Counted from the stretch's first letter, positions 38,352 to 51,955 are shown. The stretch: 64,000 nt of DNA from Mobula hypostoma (GCF_963921235.1 NC_086108.1:23436001-23500000), one strand, 5' to 3'. Numbers and translations: made by a program. Notes: generated from the sequence alone by a model not told the origin.

Positions 38352-38802
38352 GGAAGTGGGGCCAATCTGGACAAGTGGGTCTTCTCTGTTGTGTCTTGCC
38401 ACACACTGAGGTTGCACTGTCTGGGATACAGTCCCAGTGAACATAGTGCTTTAGGGGTCACTCTGCTTTTGAGCTGTTCCGGAGTTTTCAGCCTGATAAT
38501 TTGGTGTTCCACTGTATAGGATCCCATCTGGTCTAAACATGCACCAGCTGTTTTCTCTATAGTTGGGACAGAAGAAGTAAGTACCCAGCTCCTAAATATT
38601 GGAGTATGGCGTAAGACCCAATGATGTTTGGGGATCAGATGCTAGCCTATTTTCTCTGCTGTACAGCTAAAGTCTCCGAGTACGTAAGATAGAGTAGGTC
38701 ACAACCAAACACTGAGAACAGCTCTTGATGTACTGCAGTCCAAGTGAGAGAAAATCTGGAAAACATTTGGAGGTGGCATGGGAAGATCTGGGTGGCTGTC
38801 TT

Positions 38803-38958
38803 CGAAGTAAGTTTATTGTCAAAGTACATATATGTCGCCATATACAACCCGGAGATTCATCTTCTTGTGGGCATTCACAGTAAATCTAAGAAACACAATA
38901 AATCAATGAAAGACTGCCCTCAACAGGGCGGACAAGCAACCAATGTGCAAAAGACAAT
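38803..38958 (-). repeat. Rex/Babar-type 3' tail fragment
   Basis: Reverse complement of 10440-10578 (aaagtacat...tatgtc...cttgtgggcat...agtaaatc). Confidence 0.6.
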
Positions 38959-39329
38959 GTCTGGGTTGATTGATAGTCTGGTTCAAATTAAAGTAATTGG
39001 AGACCTTTTATTTAAAGAAGGATTACAGAAAGCTTCTGAAGGTTCATATTTCAAGAGTGGGTCAGAATTAGGTGGTCAGGGATGGAAATTGTTTAATAGT
39101 TAACATTGCAGGAGGAGCAGTTGGATTATCAAACATGTTTCTCAGTTCCTGAGTATTTTGGTTAGTGATAGTAACTTTAAGGCAGACAATTGAAACCTAT
39201 ATTGTTTCGTGTCGGGATGAGTTTGCCAAGGAAAAGCAAGTGAGGCACAGAAACAGGTTGTAGTAATGGGGAAATCCCTGGCCCCAGGGATTGGATGTGC
39301 TTTGTGTACAGATGCAGCTGTGAGTCCCA

Positions 39330-39725
39330 TTTATGTATTGCTTCTCAAGTCTATTAAGAAAATGGATATCATAAGTGGAGGAATTGGGTTTTCTTGGAAC
39401 TAGCTGCATTGGAGTAGCTTTGCAAGAAATGAAACTTCTTTTTCTAAAATATTTGGTATGAATTATCCAGGTATTTAACCATTCCACAGGTTTTTTGCAC
39501 GTCTCTCTTGCACTGTGGATGTGGCATGTGCAGAACAGCTGAGACTTTAGAGATGATATGACTAACAGAGATCAGTTTAAGGTCTTCAAATATACATTCA
39601 TCTTTATTAAATTTCATGTTTAGCCTTACAATATCTTGAAATACATTCCTATGTCTTGTCATCATGTTCTTCATTGGATGAGCCAATACTATTATGTCAT
39701 TCATCCATGTTTCACCACCTGAAAA
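39330..39725 (-). mobile_element. Ancient Gypsy RT relic
   Basis: WMNDIIV (decayed YxDDII), MKFNKDECIF and GMVKYL. Confidence 0.5.
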
Positions 39726-39829
39726 GTGGTCATTGATCACACGTGTGTTTTTAAATTGAAGCAATATCAGAAAATAAGATCTTGTACATCCCAGAAGAGT
39801 TAACCCCACACCCCCTCACGCTCTCCATA

Positions 39830-40520
39830 ACCTTCAAAAGCCGTGAACGTTTATCTAATTCACTTTGAATGTTATTAACAACTCTACTTCCAGCTTCCTT
39901 TCAGGCAGTACATAATAACAAATGACCATGTTTAAAAACAAATCGTAACAAATGGCCATGTTTTTAAAAAATCCTTATCTTGCTTCCGATTTGTATGCCA
40001 ATTGCCCTGAATCTGTGTCCTTTGGGTTGCTGACAATCCTGCCAGCGGAAGCAGCCTTTGTTAAACCACTCTATCTAAATCATTCATGATTTTGAACAGT
40101 TGTGTCAAAACTTCTAATTCTGAGGAGTATATAGCGGAACCTCCATAAAACTGAAACCACTCATCCCTGGCACTGCTTAAGTAAATCCCATCAGCAGTTC
40201 CCCTAAGAACAACATCATTCTTGAAGTTTTATGTCCAGATTTGGACATTTATTGTAGCTGAGGCTTAACCAATGATCTTGAAGTCTTTGTATTTCTTTTG
40301 CTTTAAGACTCAGTGCTTCTCTTATATAAAGCCAAGAATCTTGGGTTTTCCTTACCAACTTGCCCTGCCACCTTCAAAGATTCATGCCCATATATCCTGA
40401 GATTTCACTGTCTCCATGACCCTTTTAGAATTTTAATATTTAGTTTATATCGCTGCTCTGTGAGTTAATTCCAAAATATATCACCTCACACTTCTTTGTG
40501 TTAGCTATTATCTGCCATGA
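39830..40520 (-). mobile_element. Highly decayed CR1 relic
   Basis: ccaacttgccctgccaccttcaaagatt, atcacctcacactt and tctgccatg are decayed reverse-complement CR1 RT C-terminal motifs. Confidence 0.45.
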
Positions 40521-41469
40521 GTCTGTTCTTTCTATCAAATTTCATTTTTAACTTTTGCTACAGTGCAGAATTTGTTTTTCCACACGGCGTTAGGCAGAAG
40601 TAACTTGTTTATCAATCCTGATTACATTATTTTCTGGCAAAGGGTCCACAATTCCCACAAGGAGGTAAGAGTCAGCTGAAGATAGGTCACCCTTCTTTAT
40701 ACATATTACATCTGATAACCTACGTATTGGATGCAAATAATAAAGTCCTGTGCAGTTTCCAGCTAGCAGGTCATTATTAATTTTGTAGGTTGTATTGAGT
40801 GTCATGACTTTCTGGTATCTTACTGATGAATGCATTTGAGTAAAATTCAGATTTTAACCCTTTTATTTCAAACAGGCTAACAGCTGCATTAAACTATAGA
40901 CCATCTAACCAAATTACTATCTCAGTGATTATTTTAAAACAGATTTTAAGAAAGATTTTATCTCTGATCCTATAAATCCTAACATCCCACATTGTGGTAA
41001 GAAACAAATGCTTTTATAATGTTTTAAGCTATTTTTTCCGAGTCCACTTTAACAAATAAAAATAAAGTCTATTCTCATTTTCCTGTTCTCTTGTAGAAGT
41101 GGGATTAACTTGAATTCCATTTTAGGCTCAAGAGGACCAAATTGGGTGAAAGGTCTCAAAAGCCAAAAATTACTATGAGGTATTATGTTTCGTAACTCCA
41201 AAACGTAACAATGAATAAAAAACCCAGGAGCCAGGAAACACGGCTTTTTACTTTCCTTTTCTTTAGTGAGGTGTTCACATATGATGTGGTGGTATAATGA
41301 TGTATGCCATTCACATACTTCTTACATCAACCCATAATGAATTATATAAACAACAAAATGCTTAATCAAACAACATATTTACAATATTGCTGGAATCCTG
41401 AATACACTAAACTCCTCCCTGCTTTTATATGTGTATATCCCTATGTGTGTGTGCATGTGTGTATGTATA

Positions 41470-41983
41470 TATTTTCTTAAGGTTGTCAGAGCTGGGGCTG
41501 GTAATGCGGACAAGCTCCCACTACCTGTTAAATGCTCCTAATAGCATACACCTCAAATAACCTCTGGGAACCAAGCCCAGCTCCTGGCCCTTACGTGTGG
41601 CTCAACTACTAGGCCTGACCGAACCGTTTCTACCGACAGGAGAAGGGGCAAAGATGAGTTACTGGTGTCTTAAAACCAGTCGCTTGGAGCAGAATGGGGC
41701 TCATCAGCCTCTGCTGCCTTGTGGCTATACCCACTCACGGGTAAGGCTTCGGGAGTAAACCCAGAGCTGGAGTCCCTAAGGCAGCCTTACATTGAGTTCA
41801 ATGTTGACTGGCAACTCCTGCGACGCTGCTGGTAAAAAAAACTGTATTGGTCTTTTGGTTCATCAGCTGTGTAGAGAGGGGAGCTTGCTACATGGACAAC
41901 AGCTTGCTTTCCATATCGTATATCCCAGGCTTGTGCATCTAGACAGCTAGGATGCAATGTCCATGGTCAACTCATGGAGGCCT
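41470..41983. repeat. Unclassified ~0.5 kb non-coding element between TA/TG microsatellites, inside the Gypsy
   Basis: GC-richer island with hairpins (ACTGGT 41661-41666 / ACCAGT 41675-41680). Bounded by TA/TG tracts near 41427-41472 and 41984-42016. Confidence 0.4.
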
Positions 41984-42016
41984 TGTATGTGTGTGTATGT
42001 ATATATATATATATAT

Positions 42017-42790
42017 TTTCCCTCAGTCTTGGGTTCTCTACCCAACCTGAGAGCTTGAGGGTTTGGCACAGTATCCTTGTTGTTCCTAGTAGTGTGCTCT
42101 TCTTCTGGACTGAGATTTCAGATGTTGTCTCAGGGATTTGTTGGAGCCACTCTCCTAGTCCAGGTGTCACAGCTCCAAGTGCTCCTTTCACCTCTGAGAT
42201 TACTCTAAAACATTCCACATCCTTTCTATCTGCTTTTTTCAAGCCCTGGTATTTCTCTAACTTCTCAGATTCTTTCTTCCTGATGTTACTGTCATTTGGG
42301 ATTGCCACATCTATTTCTGTTGATTCCTTCCGTTCCTTGTCCAGTATACCTATGTCTGGTTGGTTGGCCAGTATCGGCTTATCAGTCTGTATTTGGAAGT
42401 ACCACAGGATTTTAGCTCTGTCATTCTCTGCTACCTTCTCAGGTGTTTCCCATCTGGACTTGGGAGTGTCCAATCTGTACTCAGCAGAGATGTTCCTGTA
42501 CACAATTCCTGCAACTTGGTTGTGCTGTTCATTGTAGGCTGTCCCTGCCTGCACCCTGCTACCAGGTGCTGGATGGTTTCAGTGGATTCCTTGCACAGTC
42601 TGCATCTTGGGCCTTGTCTGGTGGGATAGACCTCTGCTTCTATTGCTCTTGTGTTCAGCGCCTGTTCTTGTGCAGCCATGAGCAGTGCCTCTGTGTTGTC
42701 CCTCAGCCCTGTCATTTCCAGCCATTGGTAAGACTTTCTTATGTCAGCCATCTTTGATATCTCTGGTGACAGTACATTCTGTGCAGTGGG
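42017..42790 (-). mobile_element. R4-clade (Dong/Rex6-like) non-LTR retrotransposon 3' fragment with restriction-like endonuclease
   Basis: TEALLMAAQEQAL, CCHC knuckle CRLCKESTETIQHLVAGC, HNQVA, ILWYFQIQTD, NQPDI...IDVAIP and KLEKYQ, which is the PD-(D/E)xK RLE architecture. Confidence 0.85.
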
Positions 42791-45700
42791 ATGTGTGTGT
42801 GTGGGACAAGGAGGATCACTCTGCTTGGCAGGTGAGACTGCAGCTGTGAAACAGTCTCAGGTTCTGGGGCCTCCTCGGTGGTAGTTGTAGTAGTTCACTC
42901 TGACTGCAGGAAATGGTTCTGACAGCTCTGGATACCTTACTTCCTGAGCAATTGACTCTGTTCTTCTCAACTGATCGATGTGCCATCTCCAGCTGACATT
43001 AGACACAATCTCCATTGTGTCGGAGAGTGGTCCAATTCTGTCCTTAATCTTTCTAAGTACCCATTTTTGGTCACCTCTGTAGTCCCTCATCAGCACTACT
43101 TGCCCTGGGATGGAATATCGAGATTCCTTGTTTGAGAAGCCCTTAGTTGTCTCAAATGTTTGTCCTGGATAATCCTTCTGGGATTGGGTCTGAGGAGATC
43201 CAAACATGAGCATCAGAAACAACGAAACTGGTGAGTTATTGGCTGTGGAGTGTGCTGCATTGAGATATGCAAGGAGGAAATTAGCAAGCTTCTGATTCAG
43301 TGTTAGTGTAGTGTGTTCTGCTGATACCAGTTGCAGTGTGTTCTTTAGACTCTGGACAAACCTTTCTGCCAAGCCATTTGTAGCTGGTACGGTGCAGATG
43401 TCATATGTTTTACTCCATTCATTTCAGGAATGATTGAAACTGTTCCACAACAAACTGTGGTCCATTGTCACTGACAAAAGTTTTTTGGAACACCAGTCCT
43501 TGAGAACAGCCTTCTGAACCTATCAACAGTGTATGACGCTGTAGTGGAAGCTAATGGGAACACCTCTGGCCAATTTGTAGCTTCATGTACTACTACCAAG
43601 AAATTTATGGCCATGAATGGTCCGGCAAAATCCAGATGAATCCTCTGCCAGGGCCATTTCCAGGGATAGAGAGACGCTTCTCTCAGCATCTTCTAGACAT
43701 GTTGGCATGGCAAATAGTGCATGACAAGCTGCTTGATCCACTGATTTATTCCAGGCTACCAAACAAAGCTTTGACAAAGCCTAGATGACCATCATGTAGC
43801 TCCTCCAACATTTTAGCTCTGAGCTTGGATGGTGAAACAACTCTCAATCCTCACAAAGGGCAACCTCTGTTAAAGGCAAGTTCATCCCAGTGCTGGTAAA
43901 AATAGGGAACTGGAGTTTTGGCCACATATTCCAACCATTTTGGGTGGCCATGTAGAGCTGAGACAGTGTGGGGCCTTTTCTGGTTTCCCTTTGGATCATC
44001 CCTTCAGTAATAGGGAGACTTTCAACTTGCATTGGGGAGAATATGTCAAGAAGAGAGTCCTCTTTTTATAATTTTTTTGGGTATTTCCTTTTGCAAGGGT
44101 AAATGGGACAATCCACCAGCATTTCCATGATTAGTCATCCTCTTGAATTTGATCTTGTAATCGTGTCTTCCAAGAAACAGAGCCCATCTCTACATTTCTG
44201 CTGCTACTTTTAGTGGAACACCCTTCTATAGTTTAGAAATGGACACTAGTGGCTGATGATCAGTAATGAGGGTAAACTCTCTTCTGTCCATATACTGGTT
44301 GATACATTTTACACCACAAATGAGACTCGAGGCCTCTCTGTCAATTTGTGCATAGTTTTTCTCTGCAGCAATAAGGGAACATGATGCAAAGGCTATAGGG
44401 AGTTTATTTCTATCGCTCATAATAAATGACATGACTGCACCTATACCATAAGGTGAGTTGTTACAGGCAAGCTTCACCAGACAATATGTTTCATAACATG
44501 TGAGTACAGTGTCCTGCATCACCATTTCCTTTACCTTTTGGAAAGCCACCTCACACTACTTTGTCCATTGCCATTTCTTCTTGATCTGTAGTAATGAGTT
44601 CAAGAGCATTGTAGCCAGATTTGGCAGGCACCTGTTATAGTAAAAGGATCAGAATTGTGACACATCCTTTGGCCTTGGGGCATCCACCAATGCTTGAATT
44701 TTCTCAGCAGTAATCCGTATGCGTCAATGATATGACCACAGTAAGTGGTACTTGGTTTAAAGAATTCATATTTGGCATGTCATGCTCTGAGCCCATAATC
44801 TTCTAATCTTTTTAACAGTGTGTTAAGATTTTGGAGATATTTCTTGTCATCCTCACCTTTAACAATGATATAATCCAGGTATTACTGAGTGCCGGGCAGC
44901 CTTGCAGCACCTGGTCCATTGCTTTCTGACAGAGTGTCGGTGCAGATGCTATTCCAAAAAAGAGTTTATTACAGCAATAAATCCCTTTGTGAGTGTTTAT
45001 GGTGAGAAACACTTTGTGCTCTTCTTCCATCTCCATTGGTAGATAGGCCTCAGCTAAATCTACTTTGCTGGAGGGTTTCACTCCAGAAAGATTTGCAAAG
45101 ATATCCTCTATTCTGAGCAGAAGGTACTGGGTTGATAGTTACCTTACAATCATCAGAGATCCTGACTGATCCATCCTTCTTGAATAATGGGACCACTGGC
45201 GTTGCCCATGGGCTCGACTCAAGCTTGAAATGAATTCCTTCAGTCTCCAAGCGATCTGGCTCATTGGCTACTTTATCACAGATGAAATAAGGAGCCAGAC
45301 TGGCTTTGTAAAACTTAAGTGTGACATTTTCATTTACCATGACTTTACCCTTGATATGTTTGAGTCTTCCAATGCCATTCCTTGAACACGGCTGTGGCAT
45401 ACCCAGTACCTTTCTTAATTCATTTTCAGTTGACTCTATTCCAGGGGACGTGGCTGCAAATTGTGGATGGATCTCTGATCAAGTTGTAGTTGATTCAGCC
45501 AATCATGACCCCATACTGCTGGCCTTCTTGTTTTTAACACACACAAGCCCAATGTGGCTTGTTGGTTGTTGTATTTCACTGTTCTGAATGTTATTTCCAC
45601 AGGAGTTATCTTTTCTCCAGTATACGTTCTCAGTTGGATATCTGCAGGCTTCAGTTCAATATCTTTGAAATGCCATTCAAACTTTTTTTGTGTAATGATT

Positions 45701-47049
45701 GAAACAGTCGAGCCAGTGTCCAGTTTCATTTTATTAACTTGCAGCTCACTTCTGGTGTAAGTCACATTGCTTGTCTATTGCTAGTTTTAGTATTGTAAGT
45801 CTCAAGGCTACGCAGTCCTGTGTCACTCTCATCATTATCAGATTTTCATCAACAGCAAGCAGATTAGTGCTCTTTTTGAAACTGCAACTTGACTTTTTAT
45901 CTTTTTCTCTCCCCTGTGCAGTTCATTTATTGTTGTCTGCTCTTTTAAATGTGAATTGTGCTTCAGTTAGGAGCCATTTTTGAATGCTATTTTGGAAGAT
46001 TACACAAACTAAATGATCTCTAAGTGCACCATTAAGCCCATCACTGAATAGACAATGCTTGGACAATTTCTTCAATTCAGCCATGTAAGCTGAAATAGAC
46101 TCCTCTTTTGATTCTGCCTATGAAAACTAAAGCGTTCTGCAATCAACAACTGTTTTGGTTCTAAATGTTCCTGTATTATGTTCACAATATCAGTAAAAAT
46201 CATTTGGCTGGCTTGGTTGGAACAGTCAAACGTCTAAGCAGTTTCTAAGTAAACTGTATGTTTTTTTACACCCATTACATCCAGTAACACTGCATTTGTT
46301 TCTTATCAGCTGTTCCATTTGCTTTAAAATACTGCTCAATCCAGTCAGTATACATCATACTGCTATCTGTTGTGCAATCGAACATGCCTATCTTTCCAAT
46401 GTAGCCACCACCCCTGCTTTTTGGGATGAATCTATGGCAATTCTCACTTTTTGTCAATTTCATCCATTTTCTGCCTTTTTTTAAACTCAACCATCCCTCT
46501 CCCCTTCTGAAGAACTATGCGCTGTTCTTTTTTTCACTCAAATGTCTTTCTCCCCTTTTGAAGGAAAAGCACATACTGTGCTTCAACAGGTAGTTAGTAG
46601 TCTAATTCATTTTAAATCTACCTCATCGCCACTGTTAAGCTTTGTAACTCGTAAAACGAACCGAAAGAAAAACACGAGAGCTGGGAAATGTGTCTGCTTA
46701 GTTTTTGCTTTCCTTTTCTTTAGTGAGGTGCTCACATATGACGTGGTGGTGTAATAACCTAAGCCATTCATGGACTTCTTGTATGCACCCATAATGAATT
46801 AGTTAAACAAAAAAGAATGCTTAATCCAACAATATAATTAAAATATTTCTCAAATATTACTGAAATATTGAATACTCTACATGAAGTATATGTCTTGTGT
46901 AGATTTACTTGATGAAAGAGTAAATAGTCAAGGTTAGTGCTTAATCGTTTCTTATTTTCAAAACTAAACGTTATTCATATAAACATACAGAAATTACAGT
47001 ACAGACAATACAAGTCTTTAGATATATTCATAGTGTCATCAGGTCAGTG

Positions 47050-47896
47050 CACTCTATTTGCAGAGCACCATTGTGGCCTCTGAACAAAACTCCCATTCTG
47101 TGTGCTGAGACTGTTATACTGGCCTAAGCCCCTCAATGTCCAGTGGCAGAAGGAATGTACGTAGACTGTAGTCTTTCCCCACAAACTCTTTCCACTGGAT
47201 GTACCAAGCTTCAGTGTGCCTCCAGCACATTCTCCTGCATCCTGGAAAGGTCCAATCAGCAGTATTCACCTTAAAGATTTTTTGAGGGGCTGGAAGACCA
47301 ACAAGTTTCAGGCAAGTGGCGATGGCCACTCAGTAGATGGTTTCCACAGAACTTGATGTTTGTCTCTATATGCAGCCCTCAGGCCACACTCTGTAGATCA
47401 GTGTCTTCTGTCAGGCAACTGCGTGAGATCGGCATCCTTTTTCCAGATCTTTTTTTTTGCAAATCCATAGTTCGCAAAGAGGTGGGTGATTGTCTCACCT
47501 TAATTGCAGCCTTCTCGAGAGCAGTGTGTTTGGCTCCGGGTGAAGTACCAACTGTGTAGGAATGATCCGGCAGGGAAGGCCCCTCTTACTGCCAGCCAAG
47601 CAAGACTTAGGTTCTTTTAGTGAGTTTTAGCCTTGGCATTTTGTCAATTTTTTTGACATTTTGCCTGGAAATCCTTCCCAAAAGATCCATTCTGTCCTCA
47701 TTGCATAGAGTTTGCTGGTTGTTCCATGCTGACCACAGCCTAATGGACTTGTTGTCAGAGGCGTTTTCCAAAGATATTCTTTTCATGAAGGATAGGTGAC
47801 ACACCACAGAAGCATGATCCATAGCTGACTGTGGCCTTGTCAACCTTCAGTTACCCATTCACATGATTTATTCATTGTAAATGCAACTAGCTCTCC
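47050..47896 (-). mobile_element. Ancient L1/Tx1-clade ORF2 C-terminal relic
   Basis: Reverse complement near 47450-47610 translates LAWLAVRGAFPAGSF...ETITHLFANYGFAKK, a decayed zf-RVT/CCHC region. Confidence 0.65.
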
Positions 47897-47906
47897 AATA
47901 CATCTT

Positions 47907-50776
47907 TTTTTTTAAATTTTATTTTTATTTTTATTTGGATAAGGAGTTCACAATTATCATGTACTTTTTTCACACATATAACCTTTTCCATTTTTTTATA
48001 TGTATAAAACTACAATTATTTATACATTCTTAAGTACACATTGAGATGATATAAAAGCAAAATAAACATTTAAATAGATAATTATGTACTGTGGTAAATC
48101 TAACCTATTAGGCTAAGTAATGAAATTAGTTGTTAAGAAAAATGGTAATAATAGTTTCCATACAACCCTTCTGGACCATTTCCACTGGTCCAAAATGTTG
48201 CATACAAGCCTATATACCAACCATTGTAGGTGTTTATATCCCAATTTGTTCGTGCTTGTTCCTGCCCGCAGACATAATTATCCAATCCCTATGTACTTAT
48301 TTACTTAATTTTTTCATTTTTTTTATCCCTTTCCCAAATCTTTCCCTTTACTTGTGTTAATTCTCTATTTTCCAAAAAAAACAACAACAAACATTTAGAC
48401 TAGGGGTGCTTACGTTAGCAATATTACTGTGTTGATGAGAAGAGCAATATAAATCATTAGGAGAGTCATCTAAAGTCTGCTCGCATTGGGGTTATATATT
48501 CAATCCATTTATTCCAGATTTGATAAAATGTTTCTTTTTGAGTTCTCAGGGAGTAGGTCAACTTTTCCATTTTAAATATTTCCAAGATAATTTCGTACCA
48601 ATCTTCTAATGTAGATGGTATTGGATTTAGCCATTTTCTAGTGATTGATTTCTTACTTGCCGCTAAGAGGGCCTGCAGCAACTTTATATCTTCCTTCTGT
48701 TCAAGGAACAATACATGCCCCAAATAGAGCGTCTCAAAGTTCAGAGGTATCTGGGACCTAAGTACCTTAACTAATGTTCTATGAATACCTTCCCAAAATA
48801 GACTTAATTTAGGGCAATCCCAGAAAATATGAAAATGATTTGCCTCCTTAGAGCCGCACCTTCTCCAACACATCACATTTGTATCTTTATATTTTTCCTG
48901 ATATGGGGTCTTGAAGTATCTTATAATGTTTTTCCAACAATGTTCTCTCCAAGTCAAAGAATTAGTCGAGGACCATTGAAAGCTGCAGATTTTCCCCCAA
49001 GCCTCCTCTGAAAGTACCAACCCCGCTTCTTTCTCCCACTTCTCTTTAATATACAGTGTATTTACATTTTTAGCATGGGAGAGTGCATTATATAGGCGAG
49101 AAACTGATTTACTAGGTATTGAACTGCAAGCCGAATTCAGAATCTTGAAAAATTCTAATTCTACTGTTGATAGGTCTGTATATCTACAACTCTGGTTAAC
49201 ATAGTTTCGTATTTGAAGGTACCTAAAAAAGTCATTATGTTCTAGGTCATGTTTGTCCTGCAGGATTTGGAAACTTTGTAATACTCTTTTATCTATAAAT
49301 GAGAGGTAGGTTGTAAGACCTTTCTTTATCCATAGCTCAAATCTTTTATCTCCTCTGTTGGGAAGGAATTCGGTATCATATGCACACCATCTAAAGAGTT
49401 TTAGCATGTTATTAATTCCACATGAATTAACCACCTTCTGCCATACTTTTAATGTAAGATTTATCCAAGCATTATTAAATTTTTCCAACTGGGCCATCAA
49501 TCCTTTGTCAGCTATTGAGGCCTGAAGAGGAAAACTGTCAACTAATCCAAATTCTATTTCCTTCCATCTAGCCTTATATTCCCTATTACACCAATATAAC
49601 AGAGGGGTTATCTGTGAGGCATAAAAATAATTTCTCAGGCAAGGAAGAACCATACCTCCTCTTTCCTTCCCTAACTGTAAAGTGTTATATCGAATTCTAG
49701 GTTTCCTTCCTTGCCAAATGAAGCGGGAAATCCATTTGTCCCATTCCCTGAATTGATTATCATCCATCTCCACTGGTAAAGTACGGAAAAGATATAATAA
49801 CCGAGGAAGAATATTCATTTTTATAGTATTTATCCTTGAATTTAAACTTAAAAAGGGGATAAGATTCCATCTATGCATATCTGCTTTTATCTCTGAGATT
49901 AATGGCCCATAATTTACCTGTGACAGTGTTGAAAGATCCTTCGGCAGGGTTATTCCTAAATATTTTAATGATTTAGCTTCCCACTTAAGATCGTATGTAT
50001 CCTGCAATTTTTTGGATGGTGTATAATTTAGGGACATAACCTGCGTTTTCTTTACATTTATTTTATAACCTGATATTTTCCCAAAGTCATCCAACAGTGT
50101 AAACAATCCTATAAATGATTTTTCTGGTTCACTCAGATAGACCAAAACATCATCTGCGAATAACGCCACTTTCTGTTCAATCCCTGCCACCTTGATACCT
50201 TTTACGATTTCGCTCTGTCTTATTAGTTGGGCAAGTGGTTCAATATATAGCGCAAAAAGGAGAGGAGAAATTGGGCATCCCTGTCTAGTGCCTCTCTCTA
50301 AAATGAAGGAGTCAGAGAGGTCCCCATTTATCTTAATTCGGGCTGTTGGGCTGTCATACAGAGTCTGAATTACTTTAATAAACCTTTCTTGAAAGCCGAA
50401 TCTTCCTAACACTCTGTATAGGAATGCCCAACTAACCGAATCAAAAGCTTTCTCAGCGTCCAATCCTACTACCATTGTCTCTGTCTCGTTCTTATTAACC
50501 TGTTCTAATATGTGCAGAGTTCTCCTTATGTTGTCCTGTGTTTGTCTTTGTTGAATAAATCCAGTCTGGTCTAAATGGATTAGGCCAGGTAAAAGCTTTT
50601 CCAATCTGCGCGCTAATATAGATGTAAATAGTTTGTAATCTAAATTAAGAACACTAATTGGCCGATAATTGCCACATTCTAGTTTATCTTTACCCTCTTT
50701 AGGAATAACTGAAATAATTGCTTCTCTCCAGGAAGGTGGAGTTTCTCCTCTCTGCAAGATCCAATTAAAGGTGTTA
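47907..50776 (-). mobile_element. Young 5'-truncated L1 with an intact 763-aa ORF2 portion, poly(A) tail and 10-bp TSD
   Basis: ORF 48466-50757 has YRPISVLN, LDAEKAFDSV, RGTRQGCPISPLLFAL, FADD and CWRRCGSKEANHFHIFWDC. AATAAA repeats and an A-tail at the 3' end. TSD AATACATCTT at 47897-47906 and 50777-50786. Confidence 0.96.
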
Positions 50777-51714
50777 AATACATCTTCTTAATCAAGTTTT
50801 AGCTCATCCAGAAGGTCAATTACATCTTCCTACATTAAGACCCCAACAGTATCTCATTCCTTCATGAAGTAAGATTCTTATTTAGTACATGAGCCACGCT
50901 ACTGGCTTCAGGAATTAATTTTATTTTAGGCCCCTGGTTCCCTTACATTTTCCTTACAAAATCTTTCCTGATCAGTTGCCTTGTAGATTTGGTTTCCCTT
51001 TATTTCTTCTTCTCTTCTCCTCCAAGCAAGCCTTCAGGAATCAGCATAGTTCTCATTTGTGTTAACTGCAGTGACATCTTTCATGTGCCCTTAATTTCTA
51101 CTTTATTTTATTTACGTTATGGTTATCCAGGGAAATCTGTCTTCAAATACCCCTCTCTTCTTACATACCTACACTGTGGCAGAAACATCTACCCTTTGAG
51201 TGGCTCCCACTGTTCAACTGCAATTTAGCCTGTCAGATTTTGATTCCAGTTTACATGAGCCAGACCTATTCCATTGAAATTGATGCATCTCCAATTAACT
51301 TTTTATCTCTTTTGTGTGGTAACTCTAAATCTTATAATCTTGTGTTCACTGTTTCCTAGATCTTTTTTTCATTTGGTCTGGTTCATTACCCAGAACAGTG
51401 TTATACAAAGCTTCCCTCATTTGGCTAGGAACTTTCTGATAATAATGTTTAGATAGAGATGTGCAGAACTATGAAGGGCATGGATTTGATAGACAGTAGT
51501 AAACATTTCCCCATTGCAGAGGTATCTTAGCTAAAGGTAAGGCATAATTGGTGTAGATAGGATAGAAAGAAGACTTTTTTCACCAAGGGGTGGTTGAGCT
51601 TGGATTGCCCTGCCTGAGAGAGTGGTGGATGCAGAGACTCTAAAAATATCCAAGACACACACAGAGTATAGGTACATGTAGATAAATGTGCATGTATATA
51701 CTTTACGTGTATGT

Positions 51715-51955
51715 ATGTTTGGATGGTGGGGATCCTTGATGATGGATGCTGTTTTCTTGTAGCAGCACTTCTTCTAAATGTGCTCAAAGTATGGAGGGCT
51801 TTGCCTGTAATGGACTGAGCTGCATCCACCACTCTGTCTAGATTGTTCTGCCCCAGGGCATTGGCCTTTTTGTACCACATAGTGATGCAACCAGTTAGGA
51901 CAACCTGCACTATGCTTCTATAGAAGTTTGTCAATGTTTTAGGTGACATGCTGAA
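51715..51955 (-). mobile_element. Rex1/Babar-like fragment
   Basis: MSPKTLTNFYRSIVQVVLTGCITMWY. Confidence 0.65.

Larger units (their letters stand above)
41181..46881 (-). mobile_element. Full-length decayed Ty3/Gypsy LTR retrotransposon
   Basis: LTRs 41181-41411 and 46633-46881. PBS TGGCGATGAGG (reverse complement near 46621-46631) and PPT AAAAGCAGGGAGGAG (reverse complement near 41412-41426). TSD tgagg/tgaag. Domains: gag WIEQYFKAN, protease LDTGS, RT SPWATPVVP, RNase H NYAQIDREA/TDHQPL, integrase PWQRIHLDFAGPF/AERFVQSLK. Confidence 0.92.

Noticed and set aside
41974..42537. 187-aa plus-strand Ser/Phe-rich ORF
   Set aside because: It is the antisense shadow of the R4-clade endonuclease and starts in a microsatellite.
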